IMG/VR virus record: IMGVR_UViG_3300037882_001196
Coordinates: 751-64,750 of that record
DNA length: 64,000 bases
Strand: one strand, 5' to 3'
DNA from: a virus
Taxonomy: Duplodnaviria; Caudoviricetes
Positions 47,266 through 56,375 of this stretch are shown piece by piece. The position numbers and the translations under genes were made by a program. The notes beneath the pieces are model-generated. The model made no database searches. It was not told the DNA's origin and saw only the letters and a program-made list of their open reading frames with translations. Every line of letters starts with the position of its first letter. Position 1 is the stretch's first letter.

Positions 47266-48292
47266 GCAACTTGAGAAAGACCTACAACAATACTATGGTG
47301 GATCAAAAGCAGATCGCACAAAAGTAGTTGTCTGTACTAACGGAACTTCAGCCCTACACCTTGCTTTAGAGGTTTTGAATTTTCCAGCAGGTAGAAAAAT
47401 TTGGGTTCCAAATTTTACAATGATTGCGGTTGCCCGCGCAGTAACTCTTGCGGGACATACCCCAGAATTTATTGATGTTGATCCTGAAACAATGAACATA
47501 GATGTTGATCTCATTGAGTCAATGTTGAAACAAGGCAGTAGGCCATTAGCAATAATCGCGGTCAATACATATGGTAGGGTATTTAATCAACGTCTGATTG
47601 AGTTGGCGAAGCAGTATGGTTTTTGGATTATTGAAGATGCAGCAGAAGCAAATAATTTGAAGCCAACAGGATTGATTGGTTTTGATTTTTCCAAAATAAT
47701 TACTGCAACAAGTTTTTACCAAAATAAGATTATTCATGGTGAAGAAGGCGGAGCGGTGATAACTACCAACCCGTATCTCTATCTACACTTGAAGCAGTTA
47801 CGTTGTTTAGGCTTTGGAGAAATAAAGGATTATATGCATTCACCAAGAGGCCACAACTATCGCTTGAGTAACGCAAATGCAAGCCTCATCGGGCAATCTC
47901 TCCAAAATGTAATTTTGGAAACACAAGCCAGAGATGACTCATTTGATCTATTAAATGAGACCTGTCCGCCAAATCTCCATAACCAAGACAGCAGACTTGC
48001 AAACTGGGTGTATGACTTCCGAGTAAGAGGATTGGGCCGCAAGAAGCTACTACAGTTAGTTCAACAAATCAATGAGTTAGGAGTTGGCTTAGTTGCCCGT
48101 CCGTCGTTCTATCCCTTGAGCAGACAACCGGAATATAGTTCTTACCCAAGTCACAGAGGTGAGGTAGCTGACAAACTATCAGAAGAGGTGTTATATGTCG
48201 AGCATATTCATAAATTACTTGAAGAATTGGGCGAAGTGAAATGCGAGGAAGCAGTTGCTAAGTTGTGGAAGACGGTTGGTTATTACCTTTAA
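47243..48292 (+). CDS. DegT/DnrJ/EryC1/StrS PLP sugar aminotransferase
   Basis: NGTSALHLAL, IEDAAEA, SFYQNKIIHGEEGG (PLP Lys) and NYRL. Confidence 0.9.
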   Translation: MKTIQPFEQLEKDLQQYYGGSKADRTKVVVCTNGTSALHLALEVLNFPAGRKIWVPNFTMIAVARAVTLAGHTPEFIDVDPETMNIDVDLIESMLKQGSRPLAIIAVNTYGRVFNQRLIELAKQYGFWIIEDAAEANNLKPTGLIGFDFSKIITATSFYQNKIIHGEEGGAVITTNPYLYLHLKQLRCLGFGEIKDYMHSPRGHNYRLSNANASLIGQSLQNVILETQARDDSFDLLNETCPPNLHNQDSRLANWVYDFRVRGLGRKKLLQLVQQINELGVGLVARPSFYPLSRQPEYSSYPSHRGEVADKLSEEVLYVEHIHKLLEELGEVKCEEAVAKLWKTVGYYL

Positions 48293-48705
48293 CCAAAAGC
48301 ATAACCAAGTTGCTCAAACTCAGAAAAGTGCTCTGCCAAATAATCTCCAACAACATTTGGCGGAGTAGCAAACTCCAAGTTGAGAGCGTCGGTCAAATCT
48401 CCGTCAATATAATCCCATAAGACTGGATTACTGAAGAATGAAAAATGCAACTTAACTGTCAACACGTAGTTTGACTGGTTGAGATGATATTTGAATCCTC
48501 TTCTAAGTGTTTGTTGAAAAATAGACTTAACACCTCTGTGTGATTTTTGGGCACACACCTCAACGTAATAACCGCACCAAGACAAGGCAGTTTCTTCATT
48601 TCGATATTTTTCTTTCGGTCGATTCTCTACCCACTCCGCAACTGCTTCGATGATTCGCTCTGCTTTGATCAGAGATGGGGTGACTAACCAGGTGTGCTTA
48701 GACAT
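48289..48705 (-). CDS. Hypothetical protein
   Basis: AAGGAG RBS. Coupled to the upstream minus-strand gene. Confidence 0.55.
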   Translation of the reverse strand: MSKHTWLVTPSLIKAERIIEAVAEWVENRPKEKYRNEETALSWCGYYVEVCAQKSHRGVKSIFQQTLRRGFKYHLNQSNYVLTVKLHFSFFSNPVLWDYIDGDLTDALNLEFATPPNVVGDYLAEHFSEFEQLGYAFG

Positions 48706-49036
48706 TTTGTATTTTCTCCTTTTGCTTCTTTGTTTCTTGTCGGCGTTCGCGTTGTCGCTCTATCGCACGCTGGAGTCCAATCCGAGAACAGTCCAACGAA
48801 CAATACTTGTGGTAGGAGGCGATAGGACGAAACTCCTTACCGCAAATTCCACAAGGCTTGGGTTGCTTCTTGGATTCGGCAGTAGCTTTGCGACGGGCTG
48901 CTAGTTCTTGTAGCTGCTCCTTCATACGCTTCTTTGCGCACGTCTCGGAGCAATAAAGCCTCTTCCCATTGGCTTCAAACTCTTTATTACATGAAGACAA
49001 GCCACACCGCCTCATCTTACGTTCGTTTAGTTTCAT
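48698..49036 (-). CDS. Protein with two CxxC...YCSxxC Zn modules
   Basis: Repeated treble-clef-like motif. Confidence 0.6.
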   Translation of the reverse strand: MKLNERKMRRCGLSSCNKEFEANGKRLYCSETCAKKRMKEQLQELAARRKATAESKKQPKPCGICGKEFRPIASYHKYCSLDCSRIGLQRAIERQRERRQETKKQKEKIQNV

Positions 49037-49057
49037 AGTATACTTTCTTATAGTTAC

Positions 49058-49222
49058 TCTAGTAACCTCCCTAACGGCAAACCTTGAGAGACTACTAGAT
49101 ACCGATTCGGTTAGGTTATAGGCTTTCTATGACGCTCTAGGAGGCTTCCTAACGGTCGATCTAAGGTTAGGGTGGAGTAAGTTACCTAGAACCTAGATCG
49201 ACCGTTAAAGAGGCTACTAGGA
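49058..49222. repeat. Two CTAG-armed palindromes
   Basis: TCTAGTAACCTC...GAGACTACTAGA, and a perfect core TAACGGTCGATCTA/TAGATCGACCGTTA. Confidence 0.7.
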
Positions 49223-49531
49223 TTACTTCGTAGCGGTGGCCTGAGCCGCAGCGAACGCCTTACGCTCCTTTTGGCCTTTTTCGGTCAGGAGCCAATAGTA
49301 TTGTAGGTAGACTGTCTTCAATCCTGTCATCCGACTTTTCATCAACGAACGAACTCCGTCTGCTACGGGAGCCACATCAATGAATTGACACAAACCGTAA
49401 CTGTCGTGCATCTCTCCATTAAAAGACGCACGAAGAAAATAATCATCACCAGTATATACAGATTTAATAACCAAAGCCTTACTGAGAATTTCCCACACTT
49501 CGGACTCAGTTAATACGTTAGCCATTATCAA
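49223..49531 (-). CDS. Hypothetical protein
   Basis: GAGGA RBS just downstream of the hammerhead. Confidence 0.55.
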   Translation of the reverse strand: MIMANVLTESEVWEILSKALVIKSVYTGDDYFLRASFNGEMHDSYGLCQFIDVAPVADGVRSLMKSRMTGLKTVYLQYYWLLTEKGQKERKAFAAAQATATK

Positions 49532-49539
49532 TTCCTCTT

Positions 49540-49596
49540 GGTCTCATCAGTACCAGCACCTTACTGGTAGACGCTCGTGGGCGGAGCGTTTCGACC
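49540..49596 (-). ncRNA. Type II hammerhead ribozyme 1
   Basis: Minus strand GGTC-GAAAC-GCTC(CGCCCAC)GAGC-GTC^TACCAG(TAAGGTG)CTGGTA-CTGATGA-GACC. Confidence 0.9.
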
Positions 49597-51191
49597 TAGC
49601 TCACGAAAACCAGCTTCTTGATCGCACGAGTGATTGCGACGTATAGAAGGTTGTATTCCTGCTCGATAGCCCACGGAGTCTTTGCCATCGGATGGGGGCA
49701 CTCGGCACCTTTCGGACGGAGAAGGTAAACCGTATCAGCTTCCAACCCTTTGCTCTTGTGGATGCTGCTGAGCCGGATACCCTTGATGTCCTTGTCGTCG
49801 GTGAAGACCGTGTCGATTTTGGCGATGACTTGAGCAACGGTATCAGCCCCTTCCGTGAAGGCAAGAATACAATCAACCTTATCATCAATCGCCATCAGAC
49901 GCGATTCGCTCGGAGTCTTCTTGGTCGTTTCTTTTTCACGTTCCTTCTCCGCCCAAGTGGATAACTTCTCCGTGAGCGTTGGGATGTCGGTGACGTTGAA
50001 CTTGTTGATCAAGGAAGTCAAACCCCGACCGACATCACGACCTAGAATCACAGCCTTCTTCCCACGCTTGATAAAGCTGAAGCACTGGGAGACTAGGGGG
50101 GCATTCGTCCGGCACACGATCATGTCCCCGTCGCGGACGGTAGGACCGTAAGACTTTTCCCACGTCACTTCGGGAACGCCTAGCGGTGTTGCTTTCGCTG
50201 GGTAGGCCATACGCAGAATCTCCCCTTCTCCGTTTGACTCGTGGGCTTCAAAGTCAGACACCAGCTTTTTGGCTTCCGTCACGACAGCCTTGCCGCAGCG
50301 ACGGGTAACTGTGAGTGGTAGCGTAACACAATCCTCAAGTTCTTTTCCAATCCGGTCCATCGACTCACAATCAGCACCCGCGAACCCGTAGATGGCTTGC
50401 TTTGGATCACCGCAGAGGATAAGACGGCGACCAGCTTTCTTCGCCAACGCTTGTTGACAGCGGTTCAGGTCTTGGGCTTCGTCAACCAACAGCAGATCGT
50501 AGCGGAACATCGGGAGATTAAGCACGACCGGGAGCCAAACCATATCGGTGAAGTCAATTGAACCCGTGCGAGCAACGTCCTTACACGCAGCGACGATTCG
50601 TGGAACCAAGCTGAAAATCTCATCCCGCGAATCGTTGGTCTCAATATTGTAGATGTAACAAAGTTCTTGGAGGCTTCCAGCGTCCGTCTCCGAGAGGGTA
50701 GCACGAACCAGATCAACGAGTTGCTTCGTGGCGTTGATCGTTACTGGCTTGTTGCGGCGAAGGTCACGAATATCAGCGTGAAGTTCTTGCTCAATCAACC
50801 GTTCAACACGGTACTGGTCGATGCCACCCTTACCACGAAGGTACGGGAACGCTGCGGTACAGGCCTTGAGACCCATCGAGTGCATCGTCATCGCTTCACA
50901 GCCTACGGGAACTCGCTGCTTCAACTCCTCCGCGATGCCCTTGTTGAAGGCCACGAAGCAGATCGTTTTCGCATCTGCCGAGAGTTTGAGTTGTTCCCAA
51001 ATCGCTGCTTGTTGGGTACTCGGAGTGATTTTCGTCGGTATCCCTTTGAGGTGCTTAAGCCCCTCTACCAACGTCGTGGTCTTACCCGTTCCCGCACGAG
51101 CGATAACCATGAGGTGGGACGGAACGTTGCTAGGCGTCGTGGTAGCAGCTTTGATCTTCGCTGCGAACGGGCTGGTTTTCTTCGTTGACAT
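49596..51191 (-). CDS. UvrD/Rep-like SF1 helicase
   Basis: ARAGTGKTT, VDEAQD, GDPKQAIYGF, TRRC, SKGLE and YVAITRA. Confidence 0.92.
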   Translation of the reverse strand: MSTKKTSPFAAKIKAATTTPSNVPSHLMVIARAGTGKTTTLVEGLKHLKGIPTKITPSTQQAAIWEQLKLSADAKTICFVAFNKGIAEELKQRVPVGCEAMTMHSMGLKACTAAFPYLRGKGGIDQYRVERLIEQELHADIRDLRRNKPVTINATKQLVDLVRATLSETDAGSLQELCYIYNIETNDSRDEIFSLVPRIVAACKDVARTGSIDFTDMVWLPVVLNLPMFRYDLLLVDEAQDLNRCQQALAKKAGRRLILCGDPKQAIYGFAGADCESMDRIGKELEDCVTLPLTVTRRCGKAVVTEAKKLVSDFEAHESNGEGEILRMAYPAKATPLGVPEVTWEKSYGPTVRDGDMIVCRTNAPLVSQCFSFIKRGKKAVILGRDVGRGLTSLINKFNVTDIPTLTEKLSTWAEKEREKETTKKTPSESRLMAIDDKVDCILAFTEGADTVAQVIAKIDTVFTDDKDIKGIRLSSIHKSKGLEADTVYLLRPKGAECPHPMAKTPWAIEQEYNLLYVAITRAIKKLVFVS

Positions 51192-51263
51192 CTTCGGTAC
51201 TCCTAAATTCTTGAGAGGCGAACAGTCCCGTCAGTCACGGGTGGGACGTGGGCGGATGGTCGA

Positions 51264-51476
51264 TTAAAAATCAACTGCCTTACACCTTCCGCCGCATTTT
51301 TTGCAGCGGAGAAACCTGTTTCCCGCCTGCAAACCACGCCCATAGGCGGTGATCACCCATTCGTGCTGGCAATCGGGGTTCCCTGAGAACCCCCAATATC
51401 GTTTGATTATCAAACAGGCGATCATCAGACCGCCAAACAAAATCACCGGCGAAAACGCTATCACAAAATCTTGCAT
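51264..51476 (-). CDS. Small membrane protein with Zn ribbon
   Basis: TM helix and CQHEW...CKKCG. Confidence 0.5.
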   Translation of the reverse strand: MQDFVIAFSPVILFGGLMIACLIIKRYWGFSGNPDCQHEWVITAYGRGLQAGNRFLRCKKCGGRCKAVDF

Positions 51477-51587
51477 GTCCAATTCTCTGTTACGGGCGAC
51501 TACTGGAATATCTACAACACGAAACCGCGTGCCGGAGTCGAAGTGGTCACAACCTTGATCATTAACAACTCCAAGTAAGTCAGGCGA

Positions 51588-51638
51588 TACGATCATTATA
51601 ACCTGATTCGGTTAAAAGGAAAGCTAGGATTCAGAAAT
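51588..51638 (-). promoter_or_regulatory. Early promoter, copy 1 of a duplicated 50-bp element
   Basis: Minus strand TTTCTGAATCCTAGCTTTCCTTTT-N-TATAATGATCGTA, near-identical to 54982-55032. Confidence 0.7.
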
Positions 51639-51653
51639 AAGTGAAAGTTTTCC

Positions 51654-51691
51654 AAAAAATAAACCCCCAAGGTATTACCCAAGGGGGTTAG
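51654..51691 (-). terminator. Intrinsic terminator
   Basis: AACCCCC...GGGGGTT stem followed by TATTTTTT on the minus strand. Confidence 0.7.
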
Positions 51692-51706
51692 TTTTACTTC
51701 GTTAGA

Positions 51707-53440
51707 CTAGCAGCCACCCTGTAGTTTGGGTTGAGTTTCTTTTGTTCCTCCTTTCTTTCCGGTTGGCTTCGTGCTGGAGGGCTTCGTAGCAGCGGGGGTT
51801 GGAGGAACCGGAACCTTCGCTGCGGCAGGCTTGCTGACGTCCTCTAGCGTCTCGCCACCGTTGCCATCGTCGAATACTTTGACGATACCGTTTGGGCACT
51901 TCGGACGCAACAAGGCGAGAGTCACCGGCAGATCAGCGTTCGGAAACTCAAGCACTCGCATCCCATCGGGGCGTTTTTTCGGTCCCTTGAGACTCATGAC
52001 TTGAGCAAGAATCTCTGCATCATCTTCATAAGCCCTCCACATGTCGGCGTTCTTCGATGCGAGCAGGAGGAACTTACCACCGGATTTCTCCTTGACTCCT
52101 TTCCAATAGTCGATCAGCATGTTGACAGGAGTGTTGGCTTCCTTTTTTCCTTGCTGCTTTGCCTCACGTTCCGCCTTGGCGTTCGCGGCTATTTCTTCAG
52201 GAGTCAAATCTGGTTCATCATCGTCGTCGGAACCTAAATCAGCTCCAGTGATGTCGATACCACCGAAGTCTGCTTTGTCGAGTAGCTTGAGACCACCATC
52301 TTGCTTGGATTTATACTCCAGCTTGAGAGCCGCTTCATCCATCGGAGTTTCCGCCAACCAGCAGGCCCACGCTTTAGAAAACAAGCACAACTTCTCTTGG
52401 AGTGAACCCGTCTTGCCTGTGTCTGGATCAGCCAACGCTGCGATGTCCTTTTTGAGCCACTTGAAGTCATCCTTGATTTTCGTCGAATCCATCGAAAACT
52501 CAACCCAGAAGGACTTCGCCTTGTCGAGATTATCGAAGTTGACTCCTGATTCGTTCGGGGTGGTTAATTCCCGATAAGTTTCTCCGATAGTATTCGATGC
52601 CGCCATGAGATACATGATCGCAGAAGCATAACCAAGAGTGATTGACCGTCCAATCGCTTCCTTGTCACCGTCCTCTTGCCAGACGTGCTTTACACAATCG
52701 AGAACCTTCTTGTGGTTTTCGAGATAAGCAAGACACTCAGCATGAGTGCGTCGGGGGGAGAATGCGTCTAAGCCTGCGCCCGTTCGGTCCCACAAGAGAC
52801 GAATGGCGTGTTCGGTGATCTTCGCCAGCTGGCGACGTTGTCCGCCTGTGAGGTCTTTGCCCTTGAAGAAATCCGTTCGGTAAATCACATCGCTCAGCGT
52901 TCGTGGTTTACATGTGTCCATCGTATTGACTACGTTATCAGTCTCCTCAATCCCGTAGACGATGATTTTGTCGATGGTACACTCACTGGGCCAAAGCGTT
53001 TCCCAGTGCTCTTTATCATCTCCTTTGGTCAGTTCGTGTTCTGCGAGGATCAACGAGAGAAGCGTATGTTGACCGTTCAACACCAGCCCTGTGCGACCGA
53101 CGATGATTGGTTCACCGTTAATACGCCAACGTTTGTTGAGAATCTCTTGGCGAAGATTCTGGATGTTTTGTAGATAGAGCGGACGGTTGGTGACGTTGTT
53201 GATCAGGCGGACACGCTTTGAGATGAACGGTTCCAGTTCATCCACGAAGGTGCCTTTCTTGAACGTCTCTCCTTCGACTTCTTCGGTCCAGCCAAGGATA
53301 CTCTTGGCCAGCTCAACGGTGATCGGGTTTTTCTCATCATGAACCTCAGCCCGAATCTCAGGGTAGATAACCTCACGACCTTCGCCTTGGACCTTGGCTT
53401 GGTCCTTCTTCGTTGCGGGTTTGGTTGGCTTCTTCGGCAT
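51707..53440 (-). CDS. ParB-like N-terminal domain fused to MutS-I-like domain
   Basis: NRPL, NGEPII and LNGQHTL, then YWKGVKEK...LLL...WRAYEDDAEILAQVM. Confidence 0.6.
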   Translation of the reverse strand: MPKKPTKPATKKDQAKVQGEGREVIYPEIRAEVHDEKNPITVELAKSILGWTEEVEGETFKKGTFVDELEPFISKRVRLINNVTNRPLYLQNIQNLRQEILNKRWRINGEPIIVGRTGLVLNGQHTLLSLILAEHELTKGDDKEHWETLWPSECTIDKIIVYGIEETDNVVNTMDTCKPRTLSDVIYRTDFFKGKDLTGGQRRQLAKITEHAIRLLWDRTGAGLDAFSPRRTHAECLAYLENHKKVLDCVKHVWQEDGDKEAIGRSITLGYASAIMYLMAASNTIGETYRELTTPNESGVNFDNLDKAKSFWVEFSMDSTKIKDDFKWLKKDIAALADPDTGKTGSLQEKLCLFSKAWACWLAETPMDEAALKLEYKSKQDGGLKLLDKADFGGIDITGADLGSDDDDEPDLTPEEIAANAKAEREAKQQGKKEANTPVNMLIDYWKGVKEKSGGKFLLLASKNADMWRAYEDDAEILAQVMSLKGPKKRPDGMRVLEFPNADLPVTLALLRPKCPNGIVKVFDDGNGGETLEDVSKPAAAKVPVPPTPAATKPSSTKPTGKKGGTKETQPKLQGGC

Positions 53441-53540
53441 GATACAAGACTCCAAAAATAGTGGTACTGAATACTTCGCAGACCGTAGGTGGCTGCTCCC
53501 ATTCCCCACCGGGGCACGAGTGGGGTGAAGGAGGAGTCAA

Positions 53541-53756
53541 TCAATCTAGTCTACGACTCGGAAACAACTCTTCAACACGCCAATTCAAAATTACAATCAA
53601 GCATTCTTCTTTTGAAGCTGACTCAATATTGAATCCCGGCAAGTAGGTTTTCATTAACTCTTTGAGAGTGGCTTCATCACGTTTGACCACATCTTTGATA
53701 AAAACCATGATCCGTTCTTTTGCGGATTTAATTTCAGCTTTTGTCATCGCCATCAT
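53541..53756 (-). CDS. Hypothetical early protein
   Basis: Coupled small ORF with RBS. Confidence 0.5.
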   Translation of the reverse strand: MMAMTKAEIKSAKERIMVFIKDVVKRDEATLKELMKTYLPGFNIESASKEECLIVILNWRVEELFPSRRLD

Positions 53757-53938
53757 AATTCTCCACGCTTAAAATCTCTGATAATTCTCTTTGCAACCAA
53801 TACTGGATCGGTTCCAGCATCGTACCAATCTCTATATTGTTGGTCGGGCAGATCGTCTGAAACTAAGCCGATACGTTTGGTCAGCTCAGCATCTACTTGC
53901 TTCATCCATTCATCGAATGAGAGTTTAGCTTTGGCCAT
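53753..53938 (-). CDS. Hypothetical early protein
   Basis: FDEWM..VD...DDLPD..YRDWYDAG..P, a recurrent small phage-protein pattern. Confidence 0.6.
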   Translation of the reverse strand: MAKAKLSFDEWMKQVDAELTKRIGLVSDDLPDQQYRDWYDAGTDPVLVAKRIIRDFKRGEL

Positions 53939-54119
53939 GATTCACCGATGATTGACGTGCTTGTCGTTCAATCCGTTCAATCTTCGCCACCTTCAGGCGG
54001 AGATTCGTTCGCTCAATCACCGAACGCTCGATGATCTGATTGAGTTCATCAATGCGCTCCAACGCCTCTTGTTTGATTGTTGGAAACTGGGTTGAGACAG
54101 CGAGTTCAGATTGGTGCAT
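53925..54119 (-). CDS. Small coiled-coil protein
   Basis: Overlapping, coupled ORF. Confidence 0.45.
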   Translation of the reverse strand: MHQSELAVSTQFPTIKQEALERIDELNQIIERSVIERTNLRLKVAKIERIERQARQSSVNHGQS

Positions 54120-54418
54120 CTTTTGATCCTATAATCGTGAGGACAATATTTGCCTGACACCGAACAACGACCGTTTCGCCGTTCGCAAGTGTCAAGGGAA
54201 CGTGGATTTTTGGGTTATGAAACCACCCAAGGCCACCACTACCAAATTCCTTGGGTTGCAACAACACTAGGTTGCCGTCGATTCTGATTGCGACGCTTGA
54301 CACGTCCGAAGTTCCGACCGTTGCGGCGAAAAACTCAGAACGGGTTACCGGGCATGGTTCCTTCGGTGCCTTCTGGTCCGGTTCCAGTGCCTTCGGTTTG
54401 ATCCTCTTCTTTGCCACG
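54106..54418 (-). CDS. Hypothetical beta-rich protein (start uncertain)
   Basis: GGAGG-preceded GTG. KEFGSGGLGWF motif. Confidence 0.5.
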
Positions 54419-54631
54419 TTGACGCTCCTCCAGCCAGCGATTTTGCCAGCTTCCAAAGTCTTTCATCATCCGGCTGATACAGCCCTCACACAGATCGAAT
54501 TTGGGCGTGATCATCGTCTTAGTCTTGCCTTCGATTTTGCCGGGCATCATGACCTTGTTGAAGTCAAGGGTAACTCGGAACGCAGGTTCATCGACCTTAC
54601 GACACCCGTCGCACACCATCAGCATTGCCAT
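54335..54631 (-). CDS. Zn-finger protein
   Basis: CDGC...DLCEGC and GGAGGG RBS. Confidence 0.55.
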   Translation of the reverse strand: MAMLMVCDGCRKVDEPAFRVTLDFNKVMMPGKIEGKTKTMITPKFDLCEGCISRMMKDFGSWQNRWLEERQRGKEEDQTEGTGTGPEGTEGTMPGNPF

Positions 54632-54656
54632 ACAAACCCCTCCAGTTGGTTTAGTC

Positions 54657-54718
54657 TGCCATCATCAGGGACAGGGGGACCAACCCTATCCGACGTTCGT
54701 GGGCGGAACGTTTCGGCA
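54657..54718 (-). ncRNA. Type II hammerhead ribozyme 2
   Basis: Minus strand TGCC-GAAAC-GTTC(CGCCCAC)GAAC-GTC^GGATAGGG(TTGGTCC)CCCTGTCC-CTGATGA-T-GGCA. Confidence 0.88.
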
Positions 54719-54940
54719 TTAGTAGAGGACCGGGAACGCTTCTGGGATGTAGCTCTCAGGCAGCTGCAGGAGGAGGTTGTTGTATTCACAGGCGTACATA
54801 TCAAAATACTTGCGGTATTTGGTGTGAAATTCACACACCTCAGCCGCAGTTAATCGTGACCAATCTACAGAGTCTAATTCCGCCTTTGTGTTGTAGGCTT
54901 GGCGGACGCATTCTTCAACTTTTTCAATCACGGAAGACAT
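54719..54940 (-). CDS. Hypothetical early protein
   Basis: First gene after the 54990 promoter. AAGGA RBS. Confidence 0.55.
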   Translation of the reverse strand: MSSVIEKVEECVRQAYNTKAELDSVDWSRLTAAEVCEFHTKYRKYFDMYACEYNNLLLQLPESYIPEAFPVLY

Positions 54941-54981
54941 CTCATATCCTTCTTGAGTTTCTGGGGCGATTTCTGGGGCGG

Positions 54982-55074
54982 TACGATCATTATACCTGAT
55001 AGTCGAGAAAAGGAAAGCTAGGATTCAGAAATTTTCCGAAATAATTTTCCCCGACTATTATAAACCGTTATACT
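54982..55074. promoter_or_regulatory. Divergent promoter pair
   Basis: Minus strand TTTCCT-N16-TATAAT. Plus strand TTTCCC-N17-TATACT (55046-55074). Confidence 0.65.
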
Positions 55075-55107
55075 TATGGGGATGCCCAAGCGAGAGGAGA
55101 GAAGCGA

Positions 55108-55335
55108 ATGGTAACGAAATTTCGACACAACAACGGCACCCAAGTAACCCGCTACCCTTGGGCGAAGTGGTTTGAGAAAGCGAAGTTCACTCTGGAGAAG
55201 AGTCGGGACTTTGATTGCTCAACCCATGGCATGGCTGCGATGGTACGGAATCGGGCAACCCTAGTACGCAAGAGGGTTAGCCTGCGCATCGTTGAAGACA
55301 CGATCCACGTAACGGTAAGGGGAGACATTAAGTGA
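55108..55335 (+). CDS. Small basic protein
   Basis: GAGGAG RBS and RYPW motif. Confidence 0.55.
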   Translation: MVTKFRHNNGTQVTRYPWAKWFEKAKFTLEKSRDFDCSTHGMAAMVRNRATLVRKRVSLRIVEDTIHVTVRGDIK

Positions 55336-55844
55336 TCCAAGACCCAATTTTCTGGATTGGTATTGATCCCGGTCGAACGGGAGGAATCACAATCTTAAGC
55401 AGTGACGGCGACAAACCAAGTATCCACCCAATGCCTGAAACGGAAAAAGACATTTGGGAGATGTTGAAGAAGTTTGAGCACAGCCCGTACTACAAAACCC
55501 AAGCAGTCATCGAGAAAGTAGGAGGCTACATAGGGGGAGGGGAAGGAGAAAAGGGAGGAGGAGCGGCAAACGGCAACTCGATGTTCAAGTTTGGTTGTTC
55601 TTACGGCGGACTCCGCATGGCATTGATCGGTTGCGGTATCCCGTTCTTGGAAGTTCCACCGCAGACTTGGCAGAAGCACTACGGGTTGATTCGGACACGA
55701 ACGGAGAAGAAGAACCAATTCAAGTCACGGATGCGAGCAAAGGCCCAACAACTACTCCCTTCAGGAAAAATTACGGTGGCCGTCGCTGACTCAGTTCTGC
55801 TGGCGTTATATTGTCGTGACCGATTTTCCCTACCTGCTTCTTGA
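55332..55844 (+). CDS. RuvC-like Holliday junction resolvase
   Basis: IGIDPG, IEKV, FKFG..YG, PQTWQK and ADSVLLA. Confidence 0.85.
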   Translation: MIQDPIFWIGIDPGRTGGITILSSDGDKPSIHPMPETEKDIWEMLKKFEHSPYYKTQAVIEKVGGYIGGGEGEKGGGAANGNSMFKFGCSYGGLRMALIGCGIPFLEVPPQTWQKHYGLIRTRTEKKNQFKSRMRAKAQQLLPSGKITVAVADSVLLALYCRDRFSLPAS

Positions 55845-55895
55845 TCGGTTATAGTTTTCGTTCGTCTACTAAACACCTAGTCAACTGGAGGGACT

Positions 55896-56366
55896 ATGCA
55901 AACCTTTTTACCAAGCCCAGACTTCAACCAATCCGCAGACCAACTTGATTCGGTTCGCCGATGGAAGCAAGTTGTTGAAGCACGACAACTCATCGCAATT
56001 CTCAAGCGTGATACGAAGCGTTGGAAAAATCCGAATGCTTGGTTAAATCACCCTGCGGTACTGATGTGGCAGGGTTACTTAAACGCCCTCAAGTATTATC
56101 ACAACTGCTTCATCCAATCGGTAGTCCGCCACAAAACTCATGACTTGAGTAAATGCTGGTATCTATATCCGATTGATGGCAATACTCCGCAAGATCAACT
56201 TAACATCAAGATGCCGTGGTGGCTTCATAATAAATCCTTTCACGCTTCTCACCGCAGTAATCTACTCCGCAAAGATGAGAAGTTCTACCGGCAATGGGGT
56301 TGGACGGAACCTCTTGACCTTGAATATGTGTGGCCGTCGAAAGTTGTTTCGTGTCTGTTTGAATAA
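55896..56366 (+). CDS. Pyrimidine-dimer DNA glycosylase / T4 endonuclease V-like
   Basis: MQTFLP, LD..R..KQ.VE..Q, HPAVLMW and HASHRSNLLRKD. Confidence 0.85.
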   Translation: MQTFLPSPDFNQSADQLDSVRRWKQVVEARQLIAILKRDTKRWKNPNAWLNHPAVLMWQGYLNALKYYHNCFIQSVVRHKTHDLSKCWYLYPIDGNTPQDQLNIKMPWWLHNKSFHASHRSNLLRKDEKFYRQWGWTEPLDLEYVWPSKVVSCLFE

Positions 56367-56375
56367 GGAGCCAAC

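Noticed and set aside
53455-53540. GC-rich structured leader (CCCCAC/GTGGGG) as a third ribozyme
   Set aside because: I could not fit hammerhead, HDV, twister or pistol cores. It is only a hairpin on present evidence.
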